A model generated the notes under the pieces. That model ran no database searches. It was not told where the DNA came from and saw nothing but the letters and a program-made list of their open reading frames with translations. From Candidatus Heimdallarchaeota archaeon (lineage in GTDB: Archaea > Asgardarchaeota > Heimdallarchaeia > Heimdallarchaeales > Kariarchaeaceae): 27,134 nt of DNA. Below, one piece after another: positions 25,890-27,134 of the stretch (position 1 is the first letter of the stretch; every line of letters begins with the position of its first letter). The stretch is taken from positions 1-27,134 of the forward strand of contig WAKA01000221.1 in the NCBI GenBank assembly GCA_015523565.1, in the 5' to 3' direction. Both the position numbers and the translations under genes were made by a program.

Positions 25890-26306
25890 TTACCACTTCC
25901 AAAATGCATATTGTTCAGATCTGGCTATTTTCACACCATTAAGTTTCAGTGTAAGAAGAATCTGTTCTCTGTGATGCGATTCGTGTGAAATAAGGTAAGT
26001 AATAAATCCAAAAACATTCTTGATACCAGATACCTTTCCACCACTTTGAGTATGTTGAATAAGGTTCAGAACTGCAAGACTAGTTGAATTGAATCCGTCC
26101 ATTACAGTTTCAGAATCTGGAATATCCTGTAACGGTCTGATTGCCTTGAGCCATTGCTTTCGTACCTTTATCATGTGAAGGAATTGCTTCTCAATAGTTC
26201 GTGATCTTGCACGAGCTTTCAAATTCATGTAATCATGGCATATTTTTAAAAGCAGGAGGTTCTTTTCGTTGTGTTTCTCCCATATTTCAAGACAATTTAC
26301 ATCCAC
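25890..26306 (-). CDS. DinB/YfiT-family protein
   Basis: His triad in RTIEKQFLHM and YLISHESHHREQI, C-terminal FWKW. GTG 26306 preferred over TTG 26381 because it matches family length. Confidence 0.8.
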   Translation of the reverse strand: MDVNCLEIWEKHNEKNLLLLKICHDYMNLKARARSRTIEKQFLHMIKVRKQWLKAIRPLQDIPDSETVMDGFNSTSLAVLNLIQHTQSGGKVSGIKNVFGFITYLISHESHHREQILLTLKLNGVKIARSEQYAFWKW

Positions 26307-26628
26307 AATGTCAAAAAGATTTGATGTTAATAAAGACCATGCAGTTTTATATTCGGTATTACAAAAAATGTTTGTTATCAAAACAGCTTATACGGAATTT
26401 TGACATAATATGTTACCAATGAGTTAAATTCGCGATTTTTATTATCGATCTTATAGATGCTTACAGCACATTGAATGGTTTTACTAAATGGAACAACAAA
26501 ATCTTCATACCGCAATGAAACTTTTAACCAACCACAGGATCGTTTTTCTAGAAGGGGACAAAATTTGGTGATACAGAGACCGACATGAACCTCCATCTTT
26601 TTTATGTTTAGGGTTATAAGAAATATCG

Positions 26629-27134
26629 TTGACTGTCATTGAAGACTTCACTTCCGAATCATCATTCCAATTTGTTTTTGAACTAAGAAAAGAGTTTTTC
26701 CCGGCTTTCAACAAGGCATTTGGTCTTGAGGGCTGGCAGGTTGCTGGACGGACGGAGGCGTCGCTCATTGATCCGAGGTCAAAGCTGGAGCCTGACGCCC
26801 TGCTCAAGAAAGCAGGATTGGTCATCCCCATAGAACTGGAGCGTTGGCCGACAGGATATACTGTGTACCAATCCAATATCTACACCTGCTTGGCGGTGAG
26901 GCACAACAAAAAACACAAATCTGATTTGAAGACTATGGCAATGAGCCGATGCCGAATTTTTGCAGTAACTGCTGAAACAAGGGAAATAGGTATTTTCAAA
27001 TGCACGATCCCGCATTTTCGAGCCCTGTACCTTCCCGAATTCCCAGAGCTTGTCATAGATGTCCTGCCGTCCGACCACAAGGCATTTTATTACCTGCAAC
27101 AGCTCCTGGATGACCTAAAGCCCTCTAGATTCCG
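26629..27134 (+). CDS. 3'-truncated ORF with PD-(D/E)xK-like nuclease motif (absent from ORF track)
   Basis: Open for 168 codons from TTG 26629 to the window end: MTVIEDFTSESSFQFVFELRKEFF...LEPDALLKKAGLVIPIELERWP... Confidence 0.6.
   Translation, partial: MTVIEDFTSESSFQFVFELRKEFFPAFNKAFGLEGWQVAGRTEASLIDPRSKLEPDALLKKAGLVIPIELERWPTGYTVYQSNIYTCLAVRHNKKHKSDLKTMAMSRCRIFAVTAETREIGIFKCTIPHFRALYLPEFPELVIDVLPSDHKAFYYLQQLLDDLKPSRF

Noticed and set aside
26488-26571. 27-aa ORF MEQQNLHTAMKLLTNHRIVFLEGDKIW resembling the end of a winged helix
   Set aside because: Too short to assign. Possibly a pseudogene fragment but unsupported.
26378-27099. Four minus-strand ORFs at the right end
   Set aside because: Mostly antisense shadows of the plus-strand ORF at 26629, which the track missed because it has no stop in the window.
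1-27134. CRISPR arrays, rRNA, intact transposases, and the many short antisense ORFs inside long genes
   Set aside because: No regularly spaced repeats, rRNA-like sequence or full transposase seen. Nested ORFs are shadows of well-supported genes.

Overview
AT-rich archaeal chromosomal window, inferred to be Asgard and probably Heimdallarchaeia-like. The basis is an archaeal FEN1 with a C-terminal PIP box, BRE/TATA boxes about 25-30 nt before leaderless starts, a tRNA without encoded CCA, a longin-like protein, and a TPR protein of the type expanded in Asgard genomes. From left to right: longin-like protein, Lrp/AsnC regulator, parvulin, tRNA-Ala(CGC), two paralogous DUF998-like membrane proteins, and complex I membrane-arm genes split into nuoHJKL and nuoMN by a three-gene block (hypothetical, ArsR-type regulator, OPT oligopeptide transporter). 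Next come fen1, a 4xAbrB-wHTH-MinD/ParA fusion with a degenerate P-loop, an unannotated 57-aa secreted-peptide gene directly ahead of a 638-aa TPR gene, a YuiH-like molybdoenzyme, a surface glycoprotein, a NifB/NifX protein and a polyprenyl synthase. The accessory right end holds an IS607 remnant, DinB and a truncated PD-(D/E)xK-like ORF. The best candidate for a new system is the peptide-TPR cassette at 19531-21662, which has the layout of bacterial RRNPP (Rap-Phr type) peptide signalling but sits in an archaeon. All family assignments come from motif recognition by eye; no searches were run.
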